A stretch of 64,000 nt of DNA. Source: an uncultured Dehalococcoidia bacterium (lineage in GTDB: Bacteria > Chloroflexota > Dehalococcoidia > Lucifugimonadales > UBA3495). A model generated the notes under the pieces. That model saw only the letters and a list, made by a program, of their open reading frames with translations, was not told the origin of the DNA and did no database searches. Below, piece by piece: positions 9,348-18,838 of the stretch. The stretch spans positions 398,424 through 462,423 of the forward strand of contig CATQHB010000002.1 in assembly GCA_958295765.1 (NCBI GenBank), in the 5' to 3' direction. A program made the position numbers and the translations under genes. The first letter of the stretch is position 1. Each line of letters opens with the position of its first letter.

Positions 9348-10373
9348 TTACAGGCGGCCCCCGAAGAACGTGGGCAGTTGCCGGCGGTAAATCTGGATCC
9401 GGGAGCGGGCCGACTCGACGACGAATACGTTGTCGTCATCGTCCACCGCCACCGCCACCGGGCCCCAGAACTGCCTTTCCCGCTCCAGCCCCTGGGCGAT
9501 GTCCCGTTCCTGCCACATCTCGGAATTGGCGTCCAGCTTGTCCTTGCCCCACTTGGAGATGGCCCCGTCGCCGGTGGTCTGGGTAACGTACTCGCCCCGG
9601 GCGCTGAACACCTGCAAGCGGTCATTGCCCCAGTCGGCGACGTAGATGTAACCGTCCTTGTCCACCGCCACCCCGGTGGGCCGGTCCAGTTCGCCCTCAC
9701 CGGCGCCGGACGTGCCGAACTTCATCAGGAACCGCCCGTCCGGGGCAAACTTCTGGATGCGGTCGTTGCGCCAGTCGGCGATGAAAATGTCGCCGTGGCG
9801 GTCAATGGCAATGCCCCAGGGCATATTGAACTCGCCGTCGCCGTTGCCCTTCCGGCCAAACTGGGACAGGTACTTGCCGTCCCAGGTGAACCGCTGAACC
9901 CGGTGGTTCTCGCTGTCCACCAGGTACAGGTTGTCATCCTGGTCAAAGGCCAGGCCGGAGGGATTGCTGATTTCACCGTTGCCGGAGCCGGGGGTGCCCC
10001 ACTTGCTCAGATAGGCGCCCTCCCCGGTGAAAATGGAAATCCGGTTCAGCCACTCGTCGGCGACATAGACATTCCCCTCCCGGTCCAGGGCAATGGCGGT
10101 GGGCCAAATCAGCGAGCCGTCGGCGGAAGAGGCTTCCCCTTCCCCGGCGGTAGTTACTCCCCGGGCAAACTCCCCGACGTAGTCCTCGCCGATGGTGCAG
10201 ATGGTAACGCGCTTGCCGTCGGGCCGGTACTCGTAGGAACGGCTGACGACGTAAATCAAATCGTCCGCGCCCCGGGCCATAGCCACCGGGTTGCGGAAGC
10301 CGGGGCCGGAGAACTCGGCCCGGCCAATGGTATGGCTGGGCTGCAACGTGATTCCAAGAACTTGAGTGGTCAT
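9348..10373 (-). CDS. NHL-repeat six-bladed beta-propeller protein
   Basis: Repeated blades of the form G.G.F..P.G(I/V)A(V/I)D..G.IYVAD..N.R(I/V)Q.F. Confidence 0.8.
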   Translation of the reverse strand: MTTQVLGITLQPSHTIGRAEFSGPGFRNPVAMARGADDLIYVVSRSYEYRPDGKRVTICTIGEDYVGEFARGVTTAGEGEASSADGSLIWPTAIALDREGNVYVADEWLNRISIFTGEGAYLSKWGTPGSGNGEISNPSGLAFDQDDNLYLVDSENHRVQRFTWDGKYLSQFGRKGNGDGEFNMPWGIAIDRHGDIFIADWRNDRIQKFAPDGRFLMKFGTSGAGEGELDRPTGVAVDKDGYIYVADWGNDRLQVFSARGEYVTQTTGDGAISKWGKDKLDANSEMWQERDIAQGLERERQFWGPVAVAVDDDDNVFVVESARSRIQIYRRQLPTFFGGRL

Positions 10374-10424
10374 TTTGGCCTCCCCTCCTGCCGGTTATCG
10401 CGGGTTATCCGGGTTTTCGGGCCT

Positions 10425-11558
10425 TTAGATAAAGTCGAACTGCTCAAAGCTGCCGTTAATCAAGGGCTTGGCGTCCAGGCCCAGCCACTTTTCCAGCAGG
10501 GTGGCGTAGATGCTGCGGAAATCGTTGTTGAAGTGCAGGTCGCCCTCCAGCAGCTTATCCGCCGCCAGGGAAGGATATTCGCCGTACAGCCCGCCCTTGA
10601 CCGCGTCGCCGATGACGAAGGCCATTCCGCCGGAACCGTGGTCGGTGCCGGAGCCGTTGTCGTGAACCCGCCGGCCGAACTCGGTGAACACCAGCAGGGT
10701 TACGTTGTCGTTGGCGTCATGCTCTTTCAGGTCATCGTAAAAGTCGCCGATGGCCTGAGAGGTCTCGCTCCACAGCTTGGCGTGGGCCGCCAGTTCCCCG
10801 GCGTGGGTATCAAAGCTGTTGTAGGGCGCGGTGGTGTAAAGCACGCGGGTGCCGAACCCGGCCAGGTGAGTCTGGGCGATGTTCCGCATATACTGGCCCA
10901 CCGTGTCGGAACCGTACTCCACTGAGGAGGAATACATCTCCGGCGCGGCGCTGAGGATGTCGGCCCCCTTCAAGGCGTCCATACCGGTTTGGGACAGGTA
11001 ATCCACCACGCCGCCGCGGCCCAGGGCCGGGGAGTAGATGCGGGAGAAAACGTCCAGCGCCTCAACCCGCTGGTCATCGTCCTCAATGCCGGTCAGCACC
11101 CCGTAGGAGGCCAGATTGCCCACCGAGGCCACCGGCACGCCGGGCATCGCCAGGGCGCGGGGCAGGCCCCGGCCAAAGTTGACGCCGGTCAGCACGTTTT
11201 CCGCATTGGGGTCGATTTCCTTGATGGCCCGGCCCAGCCAGCCCTCCGTCCCCACCTTGTCCGGCTCACAGGTGTGCCAGATGTCCATAGAGCGGAAGTG
11301 AGAGCGGTTGGGGTTGGGGTAGCCCACCCCCTGGATAATCGCCACCTTGCCGGCGTCATAGAGCTTTTTCATTGGCCCCATATTGGGGTTGAGGCCGATG
11401 TAGTCGTTAATCGGGAGTACCTGTTCCTCCGGGACGCGCACCGAGGGGCGGTTGTCCGCATACAGCGGGTCGCCGTAAGGAACTACGGTGTTCAGCGCGT
11501 CGTTGCCCCCGGAAAGCTGCAACACCACCAGCACCGGGTCTTTCTTGATTGAAGTCAT
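10425..11558 (-). CDS. DUF1501 (sulfatase-like) family protein
   Basis: LQLSGGNDALNTVVPY, FDTHA, FTEFGRRVHDNGSGTDHG. No obvious Tat or Sec signal at the N-terminus. Confidence 0.8.
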   Translation of the reverse strand: MTSIKKDPVLVVLQLSGGNDALNTVVPYGDPLYADNRPSVRVPEEQVLPINDYIGLNPNMGPMKKLYDAGKVAIIQGVGYPNPNRSHFRSMDIWHTCEPDKVGTEGWLGRAIKEIDPNAENVLTGVNFGRGLPRALAMPGVPVASVGNLASYGVLTGIEDDDQRVEALDVFSRIYSPALGRGGVVDYLSQTGMDALKGADILSAAPEMYSSSVEYGSDTVGQYMRNIAQTHLAGFGTRVLYTTAPYNSFDTHAGELAAHAKLWSETSQAIGDFYDDLKEHDANDNVTLLVFTEFGRRVHDNGSGTDHGSGGMAFVIGDAVKGGLYGEYPSLAADKLLEGDLHFNNDFRSIYATLLEKWLGLDAKPLINGSFEQFDFI

Positions 11559-11651
11559 TACATCTCCTCCTCTACCTAGTGAAGGCCGCCGCCCATAGTG
11601 ATACAGCTAGTTCAGTGCGCCGCCCACCGTGAGCCGGCTGGCGCCGGTTGC

Positions 11652-11745
11652 CGCTCATGGTGAGCCGGCTGGTTCAGTGCGCCGCTCATGGTGAGCTTGT
11701 CGAACCATCCTCCTGTTATCCTTCGACAGGCTCAGGATGAGCGGC
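11652..11745. repeat. Family D repeat (D2) inside the DUF1800-DUF1501 intergenic gap
   Basis: CCGCTCATGGTGAGC x2 then GCTTGTCGAACCAT ... CCTTCGACAGGCTCAGGATGAGCGG. Confidence 0.6.
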
Positions 11746-11760
11746 AGACTGCACCGGCCT

Positions 11761-13188
11761 TTAGGCAAACTGGTACTCTTGGGTGGACACAATCAACTGG
11801 AGGGTCTGGCCTACCCGCTGGGAGAAGTCGGCGGCGCCGGGCGTCAGTTCACCGCCCCGGCTCACGTGCTCAACCAACTGCTCGCGGGTAATCTCGGCCA
11901 GTTCGTAGCCGCCCAGCAGGTCCAGGCACCGATCCACCACTTCCGAGGCGGACACGGCGGACACGCTGGAATCGTTGGCATCGCTGGCCGTGCTGACCCG
12001 TTCCACGATGTCCCGGACGCCGGGCAGTTCCAGGTTGCCCACCTGGTCGGCGGCGAAATTGATGCGTTCCACCAGGGTGCCGCTGTCAATCCACTCCCCG
12101 CCGGTATGCCAGCCCTCCACGGTGGGGGGATTCATCAAATCCTGGCCCATATAGCGGATGTTCATTGCCAGGTTGTGCAGGCCCGGCTTGGGCGTGGTGA
12201 AGTCCCGGACCACCCGCATGGTGCCGATTACCGCCTCAGCCGGGCTTTTCACCTTGGCAAAGCGGGCGTCCTTGAAAAAGTCGGCGTTGAACAGCAGCCG
12301 CAGCATGGCGCCGATGTCATAGCCGGAGCGGTAATACTCGGCTTCCAGCGCCTGAATTGCCGCCAGGTCCCGGGGCGGGGTGTTCTGCCAGGCGGGAACC
12401 TGGGGTTCGTCGGCCACAAAGAAGTTATAGAGGTGGCGGGAGACGAAACGGGCGGTGGCCGGCTGCTTGACGATGAGGTCGATTACGTCCTCGCCGTTCC
12501 AGCGTCCGGTCTCGCCCAGAAAGGTCTTATCGGCGTCATCGTGGTCGGCCTGGTTGTACACGAAACCGGCCTCGTAGCGACCATAGGGGTAACGGGGGAT
12601 GGCGTTGGTTATCGTCCAGCCGGTAAAGGCCCGGGCACATTCCTTAACGTCATCCTCGGAGTAGTTGGCCTCCCCGTCCATCCCGACGCCCATAGAGAAA
12701 AGTTCCAGCAGTTCCCGGCCCCAGTTCTCGTTGATGGCGTCCCGGTGGCTCATACAGTTGTCCAGGTAGAACACCATGGCCGGGTCGGCGGACAGGCCCA
12801 GCAGCAGGTCGCGGAAACTGCCCAGGCCCTTCTCCCGGAACAGGTCAATCTGGAGCTGGATTTGCCGGCCGTGTTCGCACTTGGAGTTGCCGGTGCAGAA
12901 AATGCCGTGCCAGAACAGGGCGATTTTCTCCTCCAGGGGGCGCTGGGTGTTAATCATCCGGTAAGTCCAGTACGCCTGATTGACTTCCAGGGCGTTCATT
13001 TCCTTCCAGTCGGTAAAGCGGCGTTCCAGAATGTCGGTTTCCAGGGTGGGATGCCGCTCCGGGTGGAGCAGGTCTTCCACGGTGGCCTCGTACCCGGCGG
13101 CGGCCCGCCGTTCCAACTCCCCGTAGGCGGCGCCGAAACCGGCCCGGCGCATCAGGTGAGCCATCAATGCTACGTCATTCCTCGCCAT
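11761..13188 (-). CDS. DUF1800 family protein
   Basis: FWHGIFCTG, LLGLSADPAMVFYLDN, NENWGRELLELFSMG. It is the canonical partner of DUF1501. Confidence 0.8.
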   Translation of the reverse strand: MARNDVALMAHLMRRAGFGAAYGELERRAAAGYEATVEDLLHPERHPTLETDILERRFTDWKEMNALEVNQAYWTYRMINTQRPLEEKIALFWHGIFCTGNSKCEHGRQIQLQIDLFREKGLGSFRDLLLGLSADPAMVFYLDNCMSHRDAINENWGRELLELFSMGVGMDGEANYSEDDVKECARAFTGWTITNAIPRYPYGRYEAGFVYNQADHDDADKTFLGETGRWNGEDVIDLIVKQPATARFVSRHLYNFFVADEPQVPAWQNTPPRDLAAIQALEAEYYRSGYDIGAMLRLLFNADFFKDARFAKVKSPAEAVIGTMRVVRDFTTPKPGLHNLAMNIRYMGQDLMNPPTVEGWHTGGEWIDSGTLVERINFAADQVGNLELPGVRDIVERVSTASDANDSSVSAVSASEVVDRCLDLLGGYELAEITREQLVEHVSRGGELTPGAADFSQRVGQTLQLIVSTQEYQFA

Positions 13189-13207
13189 CCCTGTCCCTCC
13201 TTCCGAT

Positions 13208-13236
13208 AATTCAGGTTTCGCTTAATTCAGGTTTCG
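13208..13236 (-). promoter_or_regulatory. Two 13-bp direct repeats in the DUF1800 leader (possible operator)
   Basis: AATTCAGGTTTCG at 13208-13220 and 13224-13236 (plus-strand reading), between the predicted promoter and the start codon. Confidence 0.3.
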
Positions 13237-13258
13237 TTGCCAGAAAATAATTATTATC

Positions 13259-13287
13259 ATATTAAGCAACTGCGCCCTAAGTGTCAA
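13259..13287 (-). promoter_or_regulatory. Sigma70-like promoter for the DUF1800-DUF1501-NHL operon
   Basis: Minus strand reads TTGACA (13287-13282), 17-nt spacer, TAATAT (13264-13259), about 70 nt upstream of the start. Confidence 0.55.
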
Positions 13288-13328
13288 GAAACGTTTTTCT
13301 GCGCTGAAGTTGTTATAAATTCCGCAAT

Positions 13329-13380
13329 CCGCTCATGGTGAGCTTGTCGAACCATCCTTCGACCGGCTCAGGATGAACGG
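13329..13380. repeat. Family D repeat (D3)
   Basis: CCGCTCATGGTGAGCTTGTCGAACCATCCTTCGACCGGCTCAGGATGAACGG. Confidence 0.6.
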
Positions 13381-13554
13381 GGAGCGGGGCGCCTCGACTT
13401 TGCCCACACCCGGTTTCTGCCTGGATACCAAAAGACGCAGCGGAAAACCGATAACCTTGACCTAATTTCGGTGTCGCTGCGTCTCTTGGCAGCTGTGTCG
13501 CTTGGGTAAAGGGGCCTAGTTGCCGCCGAACCGGCGGCGATGTTGGCGCAGGGT

Positions 13555-13917
13555 TCAATCGTTCATTATCACCGGGATACCGGCGGCTTCCGCTTTGGCG
13601 GCGGCCTCCGCGTCGATAACCCCGTCCTGCATCCAGATATACTTGACGCCCACCTCGATGGCCTCGTCCACCACCGGGGCCACCAACTCCGACCGGCGGA
13701 AAATGTCCACCATATCAATCGGCTCCGGCACCGATTTGAGGTCGGGGTAGCTTTTCTCCCCCAGGGCCTCCTCAATCATCGGGTTCACCGGGATGATGCG
13801 ATAACCCTGGGACTGCATATAGCGGGAAACGCCATAGCTGGCGCGCTCCGGGTTGTCGGATAAACCCACTACTGCTATGGTTTTGCTGTTGCGCAGTTGT
13901 TCCTCAACCAGGTCCAT
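13555..13917 (-). CDS. CoA-binding domain protein (YccU/YneT-like)
   Basis: IAVVGLSDNPERASYGVSRYMQSQGYRIIPVNP. Confidence 0.8.
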   Translation of the reverse strand: MDLVEEQLRNSKTIAVVGLSDNPERASYGVSRYMQSQGYRIIPVNPMIEEALGEKSYPDLKSVPEPIDMVDIFRRSELVAPVVDEAIEVGVKYIWMQDGVIDAEAAAKAEAAGIPVIMND

Positions 13918-14091
13918 ATCGCCTAGCCCTCCTTTAACTGGAATTAACCGGCTGCTCCGGGCTGGGCCTATTGTTGCACATTCCGGCGTTCCCGGCTACC
14001 GGTTTTTTAACCGCAGTGGTACGGGGATACGCAAGGGTTTCTCCGAGGCAAATCTACCCTTTAACCTAGTAACCTAGACAACCCAGGCAAC

Positions 14092-14193
14092 AACCGTCGT
14101 TCCGGCGAAAGCCGGAATCCAGGAAATCCCCGGGGTAAAGAGCGATACAGCTATCGAGGATTCTGGATTCCGGCTTTCGCCGGAACGACGGTT
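14092..14193. repeat. Family B inverted-repeat element (B3)
   Basis: Full-length copy with both arms and the same internal orientation as B1 and B5. Confidence 0.7.
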
Positions 14194-14320
14194 GAATGGC
14201 GGGTTACGGGTTTATGATGCGATTGCCCGGTCCCGGTGGTGAAAAACGCCTTGATTGTATAATTATAATATGGCAGGGTAGCCGGAAGTACGGAACAGGA
14301 TAGAACAAAGGAGGCCGAAA

Positions 14321-14848
14321 ATGAGCGCGGCGGATGCGGTTATGTGGGCGCTGGACCGGAACTGGAATATGGTGGACGCGGCGGTTGACGGCCTGGACGC
14401 AAGCCTCCTGAACCGCCAACCGGCGGAACAGTGCAACTCCATCGCCTGGATTCTCTGGCACATGAACCGGGTCATTGACACCTTTATCAACCAGCGACTT
14501 CAGGGCCGGCCGCCCTTCTGGGTCAGCCAGGGCTGGAACGAAAAGTTCGGGATGACCGAAAACGTCCGGGGGCTGGGCTGGAGTCCTCAGGAACTGGCCG
14601 ACTGGCCGGCGCCCTCCCTGGAAGTAATCCTCGGCTACCAGGCGGCGGTGCGGCAGGCGGCGCGGGAATACATCGGCGCGCTGACCGTCGACGACCTGGA
14701 ACGCCGGGTAACCTTTCCCCCGGAAGCGGAAACCCAGGAACATACCATTGCCACCGCCCTGGGGCAGTTGGTCTGGGACAACGTAGCCCACGGTGGGCAG
14801 ATTGCCTACCTGCGGGGCCTGTTCCAGGGCATGGGCTGGCACCGTTAA
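14321..14848 (+). CDS. DinB-superfamily protein
   Basis: DinB_2-like pattern: WILWHMNRV ... HGGQIAYLRG. Confidence 0.65.
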   Translation: MSAADAVMWALDRNWNMVDAAVDGLDASLLNRQPAEQCNSIAWILWHMNRVIDTFINQRLQGRPPFWVSQGWNEKFGMTENVRGLGWSPQELADWPAPSLEVILGYQAAVRQAAREYIGALTVDDLERRVTFPPEAETQEHTIATALGQLVWDNVAHGGQIAYLRGLFQGMGWHR

Positions 14849-14862
14849 CCGGCTTTTTTATC

Positions 14863-14892
14863 CACGAAGGGGCACGAAGGGGCACGAAGGGA
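14863..14892. repeat. 10-bp tandem repeat CACGAAGGGG x3
   Basis: Read directly. Located just downstream of the DinB-like gene. Confidence 0.7.
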
Positions 14893-14967
14893 AGGGAAAG
14901 GGATAGGAATAGGCCGAAGGGGTTTTGGGTATATTTGGGGATTTTTCTATATTACCTATATTGCCGG

Positions 14968-14997
14968 TTGAAAATATACCCTTTGCCGCCCTATAAT
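14968..14997 (+). promoter_or_regulatory. Sigma70-like promoter for the VOC-family gene
   Basis: TTGAAA (14968-14973), 18-nt spacer, TATAAT (14992-14997). Confidence 0.5.
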
Positions 14998-15057
14998 CCA
15001 CTGATGCCCTGGTAAACTGATTGTCGCCCCCAATTGTCGGCGGAAGAGGAGGACAGT

Positions 15058-15462
15058 ATGCCCCGAATCAAGCACATTGCGATACGTACTCCCGACCCGG
15101 AAAAGACCGCGGCCTTTTACATCAAGGTGTTCGGCCTGGAAGAGGTGGGCAAGGCCGGCTCCGGCTGCTACCTGTCGGACGGCTATATCAACCTGGCGAT
15201 TCTCAAGTCCATTGAGCAGGGCGAGGCCGAAAGCCCGCGGGACGTGGCCGGTTACGCCGGAATTGACCACCTGGGCTTTATGGTGGAGGACGTGGACGAG
15301 GTTTGCCAGAAGCTGGAATCCGAGGGCGCGCGCCCGATGAATCAGCGGATTGAGATGCGGGGCGCCCCCAGCCCGTCCGGGCAGTCCTACTACGAACTGA
15401 AGTACCGGGGGCCGGACGAGCAGGTCATTGACGTATCCGGTTCCGGCTGGATTGGCACCTAG
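15058..15462 (+). CDS. Glyoxalase/bleomycin-resistance (VOC) family protein
   Basis: IKHIAIRTPDPEKTAAFY and IDHLGFMVEDVD. RBS GAGGAGG precedes ATG 15058. Confidence 0.8.
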   Translation: MPRIKHIAIRTPDPEKTAAFYIKVFGLEEVGKAGSGCYLSDGYINLAILKSIEQGEAESPRDVAGYAGIDHLGFMVEDVDEVCQKLESEGARPMNQRIEMRGAPSPSGQSYYELKYRGPDEQVIDVSGSGWIGT

Positions 15463-15491
15463 CCGGCGCCAGCCGGCCCGGCGCCGTGGGG

Positions 15492-15530
15492 ACTGCGGGG
15501 CGCGCATCTGAACGTCGGCGCTCCCGCAGT
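15492..15530 (+). other. Extended GC hairpin between the VOC gene and amt
   Basis: ACTGCGGG/CCCGCAGT plus GCGC/GCGC stems (about 12 bp with one bulge). No U-tract follows, so function is unknown. Confidence 0.3.
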
Positions 15531-15633
15531 TACCCCCGCAATTTTGCCCGTAACCGGGCGGCGCCGCCCAACATAAACTCCGGGCCGGGGCGGAAACCCC
15601 GATGCCCGGTCAATACTGACCAGGAGGTAGTTC

Positions 15634-16866
15634 TTGGATTCCGGCGACACGGCTTGGATGCTCACGTCCAGCGCTTTTGTTCTGTTGATGACCCTGCCGG
15701 GGCTTGCGATGTTGTACGCCGGACTGGTGCAATCCAAGTCCGTGCTTTCGGTGGTGTTGCAGTGCTATGTCATCGCCGCCATCGCCAGCTTGCTGTGGTT
15801 TTTCGTGGGCTACAGCCTGGCCTTCGGCGACAGCCTGTGGGGAGTTATTGGGGGGCTGGACAAGGCGTTTCTCCTGGGCGTAACTGTTGATTCGCAGCAC
15901 GGCTCGATCCCGGAAATAGTATTTGTCATCTTTCAGATGACCTTTGCGATTATCGCTCCGGCCATTATTGTCGGCGCTTATACGGAGCGGATGAAGTTTC
16001 CGGCGGTGCTAATTTTCAGCGGAGCCTGGACATTGCTGGTCTATGCGCCGATTTGCCACTGGGTCTGGGGCGGGGGCTGGCTTAACCAGTTGGGGTCGCT
16101 GCATTTGGGGATTATGGACTTTGCCGGCGGGGTGGTGCTCCACGCCAACGTGGGCGTAGCGGCGCTGGTGGTCGCCAAGGTAATCGGCCCAAGGCAGGGC
16201 TTTCCCGACCGGCTCCTGCCGCCCCACAATCCCGGAATGACCGCCGCCGGCGCCGGGATGTTATGGGTCGGCTGGTTCGGGTTCAACGGAGGCAGCCAGT
16301 TTGCCGCCGACGCCGTCGCGGGTATGGCGATAATGGTAACGCATATCGCGGCGACCGCCAGCGCCGTTACCTGGATGGCCGCCGAGTGGATTCGATACCG
16401 CCGGCCCTCCCTGATTGGCACGGTAACCGGCGTCATTGCCGGGCTGTCCGCCGTTACGCCGGCCTCCGGTTTCGTCGGCCCCTTTGGCGGGTTGATCCTG
16501 GGCGTAATCGCCAGCCTGGTATGCTTTTCTTTTGTCAGCATCATCAAGCGGCGGCTGCGAATTGACGACTCGCTGGACGTTTTCGCCGTTCACGGCCTGG
16601 GCGGCATTTTGGGCACCCTGTTGGTGTCCGTGCTGGCGATAAGCCTCCTGGGCGGCCAGGGTTTTCTAGTCGAAGGTCGGACCATTATCTTTCAGTTGGG
16701 CGTGCAGGCCCTGGGCATCGCCGCATCTATGGCGTGGGCGGCCCTGGTAACCTACCTGATTCTGAAGGTATTGAACCTGCTGATGGGCCAGATCCGGGTT
16801 GACCCGGAGGATGAAATCGTCGGGTTGGACCTGGCGACCCATGGTGAACGCGGTTACGACCTTTAA
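15634..16866 (+). CDS. amt: Ammonium transporter
   Basis: DTAWMLTSSAFVLLMTLPGLAMLYAG, FAGGVVLHANVG, DDSLDVFAVHGLGGILG. TTG start per the track. Confidence 0.9.
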   Translation: MDSGDTAWMLTSSAFVLLMTLPGLAMLYAGLVQSKSVLSVVLQCYVIAAIASLLWFFVGYSLAFGDSLWGVIGGLDKAFLLGVTVDSQHGSIPEIVFVIFQMTFAIIAPAIIVGAYTERMKFPAVLIFSGAWTLLVYAPICHWVWGGGWLNQLGSLHLGIMDFAGGVVLHANVGVAALVVAKVIGPRQGFPDRLLPPHNPGMTAAGAGMLWVGWFGFNGGSQFAADAVAGMAIMVTHIAATASAVTWMAAEWIRYRRPSLIGTVTGVIAGLSAVTPASGFVGPFGGLILGVIASLVCFSFVSIIKRRLRIDDSLDVFAVHGLGGILGTLLVSVLAISLLGGQGFLVEGRTIIFQLGVQALGIAASMAWAALVTYLILKVLNLLMGQIRVDPEDEIVGLDLATHGERGYDL

Positions 16867-16878
16867 TGCCTTTAATCA

Positions 16879-16959
16879 GGTATTCTCAACCGGTGTTGAG
16901 GTTCCTGGCCCGGATGCCGGAGTATTCCGGCCAGAATACCAACTCGTGCTGAGAATACC
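16879..16959. mobile_element. Family A short form (A4): outer element without an inner insert
   Basis: GGTATTCTCAACCGGTGTTGAGG...GAATACCAACTCGTGCTGAGAATACC. Confidence 0.6.
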
Positions 16960-17176
16960 CTTAAAATCATTGACAGATGAATAAATTATTGGTAATTGAT
17001 AGGTGTATTATCACCTGAACCCCACTTATGGTAAACTTGACGCCGTTCAAGGTGAGCGGGATGAGAACGGTTCAGGGATTCCCGGACGTATCAACCGGAT
17101 TATTCGGGCCGGCGCTGCGGAAGGCGGCCAGGCAAGGGCAAACAATCAAAAGTGGAAAAGTGAAGGAGGGCAACCG

Positions 17177-17512
17177 ATGAATGTGGAAAGTCGGCGGGAG
17201 GGCGAGAACCTGGTCTTGATTACCGATGGTCGCGTTGACGGCACCAACGCCACCGATTTTCAGGACGCGATGAAACAGGCGATTCAGGCCAGCGACACGG
17301 CGGTAGTCCTGGACTTTGAGAACCTGACCTATATCAGCAGCGCGGGCCTCCGGGTCGTCTTGCTGGTCGCCAAGGACCTTCAGCGTCAGGGAGCGAAGTT
17401 TGCCGCCTGTTCGCTCTCCTCGACCGTTAAAGAGGTTTTCGTGATTAGCGGTTTTGACAAAATCATCCCGGTTCACGATACTCAAGAGGCGGCGATCGGC
17501 TCTTTCGGCTAG
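17177..17512 (+). CDS. STAS-domain anti-sigma-factor antagonist (RsbV/SpoIIAA-like)
   Basis: LDFENLTYISSAGLRVVLL carries the conserved Ser. RBS GAAGGAGGG precedes ATG 17177. The track ORF starts earlier, at 17003. Confidence 0.85.
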   Translation: MNVESRREGENLVLITDGRVDGTNATDFQDAMKQAIQASDTAVVLDFENLTYISSAGLRVVLLVAKDLQRQGAKFAACSLSSTVKEVFVISGFDKIIPVHDTQEAAIGSFG

Positions 17513-17665
17513 ACCGGATTCGCCCGAGGGACTACCTAAACCCGTTACCGGAACGGCCGGATTGACCCCGATCCCGGCCCCGGTATCGGCGTATCTGCCG
17601 TATATACTCGGAACAGTTTCAAGAGAATTACCGATAGCCACGATAGCCAATAATCTTGGCAAGGG

Positions 17666-18838
17666 ATGGAACCGATGGCACAGCCGTTCAAGATTCTGGT
17701 GGTGGACGACGAGCCGGACCTGGAGCCGCTGATGCTCCAGCGGATGCGCCGCCATATCCGCGCCGGCGAGTATGACTTTGTCTTTGCCCATAATGGCATT
17801 GAGGCGCTGGAGCGGCTGCAACAGGAAGATGACATCGACATGGTCATCTCCGACATCAATATGCCGCAGATGGACGGCCTGACCCTGCTGGAGCAGATTC
17901 CCAAGGTGGACCCCAATATCCGCTCCGTCATTATTTCGGCCTACGGCGATATGAAGAACATTCGCACGGCGATGAATCGGGGGGCCTTCGACTTCGTCAC
18001 CAAGCCCCTGGACTTCGACGACCTGCGGATTACGATTGAGCGGACGGTCAGCCACCTGGTCGAATGGCGGGACGCCCTCTCCTCCCGGGACAAGCTGGTG
18101 GTGTTGCAGAATGAGCTGGACGTTGCCAGCAAGATGCAGCAGTCCATACTGCCTACCCTGTTCCCGGCGGGTCCCGACTACCGCTACTTTGCCAGTATGG
18201 AGCCGGCCCGGAACGTGGGCGGCGATTTCTACGACACGCTGCGGCTGGACGAAGGGCGGATTGGCCTGGCGATTGCCGATGTGTCTGGCAAGGGCGTGCC
18301 GGCGGCCCTGTTTATGATGTCCAGCCGCACCCAGCTGAAGGGGGCGGCTATCGGCAACCACTACCCGGGGGCCGTGCTGCGGGAGGTCAACCAATTGCTG
18401 TGCCAGGACAACGACACGATGATGTTCGTTACCCTGGTGTACGTGGTCTATGACCCGGCCAGCGGGGAGATTACCTTTGCCAACGGCGGCCATAACCAGC
18501 CGCTGATTCGCCATACCGACGGAAGTTCCACCCTGCTCCCCTTGACCGGCGGGATTGCCCTGGGGGTGGCTCCCGACATTGATTACGACCAGGAAACCGT
18601 TACCCTCGCCCCCGGCGAGGCCCTGGTGCTCTACACCGACGGCGTTACCGAGGCGATGAACTCGGCGGATGAGGAGTTCGGCCTGGAGCGCTTGTGCGAA
18701 GTCCTGACGGCCACTTCCTCTGATGACCCTCGGGAAGTGAACCAGGCCATTTTCGACGGGGTCAGGGCCTTTGCCGGCGGCACGCCTCAATCCGACGACA
18801 TTACCTGCCTGACCCTTTGCCGCAGTCGAGGCTCCTGA
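17666..18838 (+). CDS. Response-regulator receiver fused to a PP2C/SpoIIE phosphatase (RsbY/RsbU-like)
   Basis: REC domain: ILVVDDEPD...DMVISDINMPQMDG...KP. PP2C domain: VGGDFYD, IADVSGKGVPAALFM, YTDGVTEA. Confidence 0.88.
   Translation: MEPMAQPFKILVVDDEPDLEPLMLQRMRRHIRAGEYDFVFAHNGIEALERLQQEDDIDMVISDINMPQMDGLTLLEQIPKVDPNIRSVIISAYGDMKNIRTAMNRGAFDFVTKPLDFDDLRITIERTVSHLVEWRDALSSRDKLVVLQNELDVASKMQQSILPTLFPAGPDYRYFASMEPARNVGGDFYDTLRLDEGRIGLAIADVSGKGVPAALFMMSSRTQLKGAAIGNHYPGAVLREVNQLLCQDNDTMMFVTLVYVVYDPASGEITFANGGHNQPLIRHTDGSSTLLPLTGGIALGVAPDIDYDQETVTLAPGEALVLYTDGVTEAMNSADEEFGLERLCEVLTATSSDDPREVNQAIFDGVRAFAGGTPQSDDITCLTLCRSRGS

Noticed and set aside
9378-10925. 515-aa plus-strand ORF across the NHL and DUF1501 genes
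   Set aside because: It is antisense to two genes with clear family motifs and spans their intergenic gap. No recognisable domain.
11737-13209. 490-aa plus-strand ORF antisense to DUF1800
   Set aside because: A shadow ORF. The minus frame has diagnostic DUF1800 motifs.
15463-16866. amt lacking an adjacent glnK/PII gene, and a possible nitrogen-regulatory RNA upstream
   Set aside because: Absence of glnK is common enough. The upstream hairpin (15492-15530) matches no riboswitch class I can recognise, so it is recorded only as a low-confidence feature.
17072-18790. 572-aa minus-strand ORF across the STAS and REC-PP2C genes
   Set aside because: A shadow ORF of two well-supported plus-strand genes.
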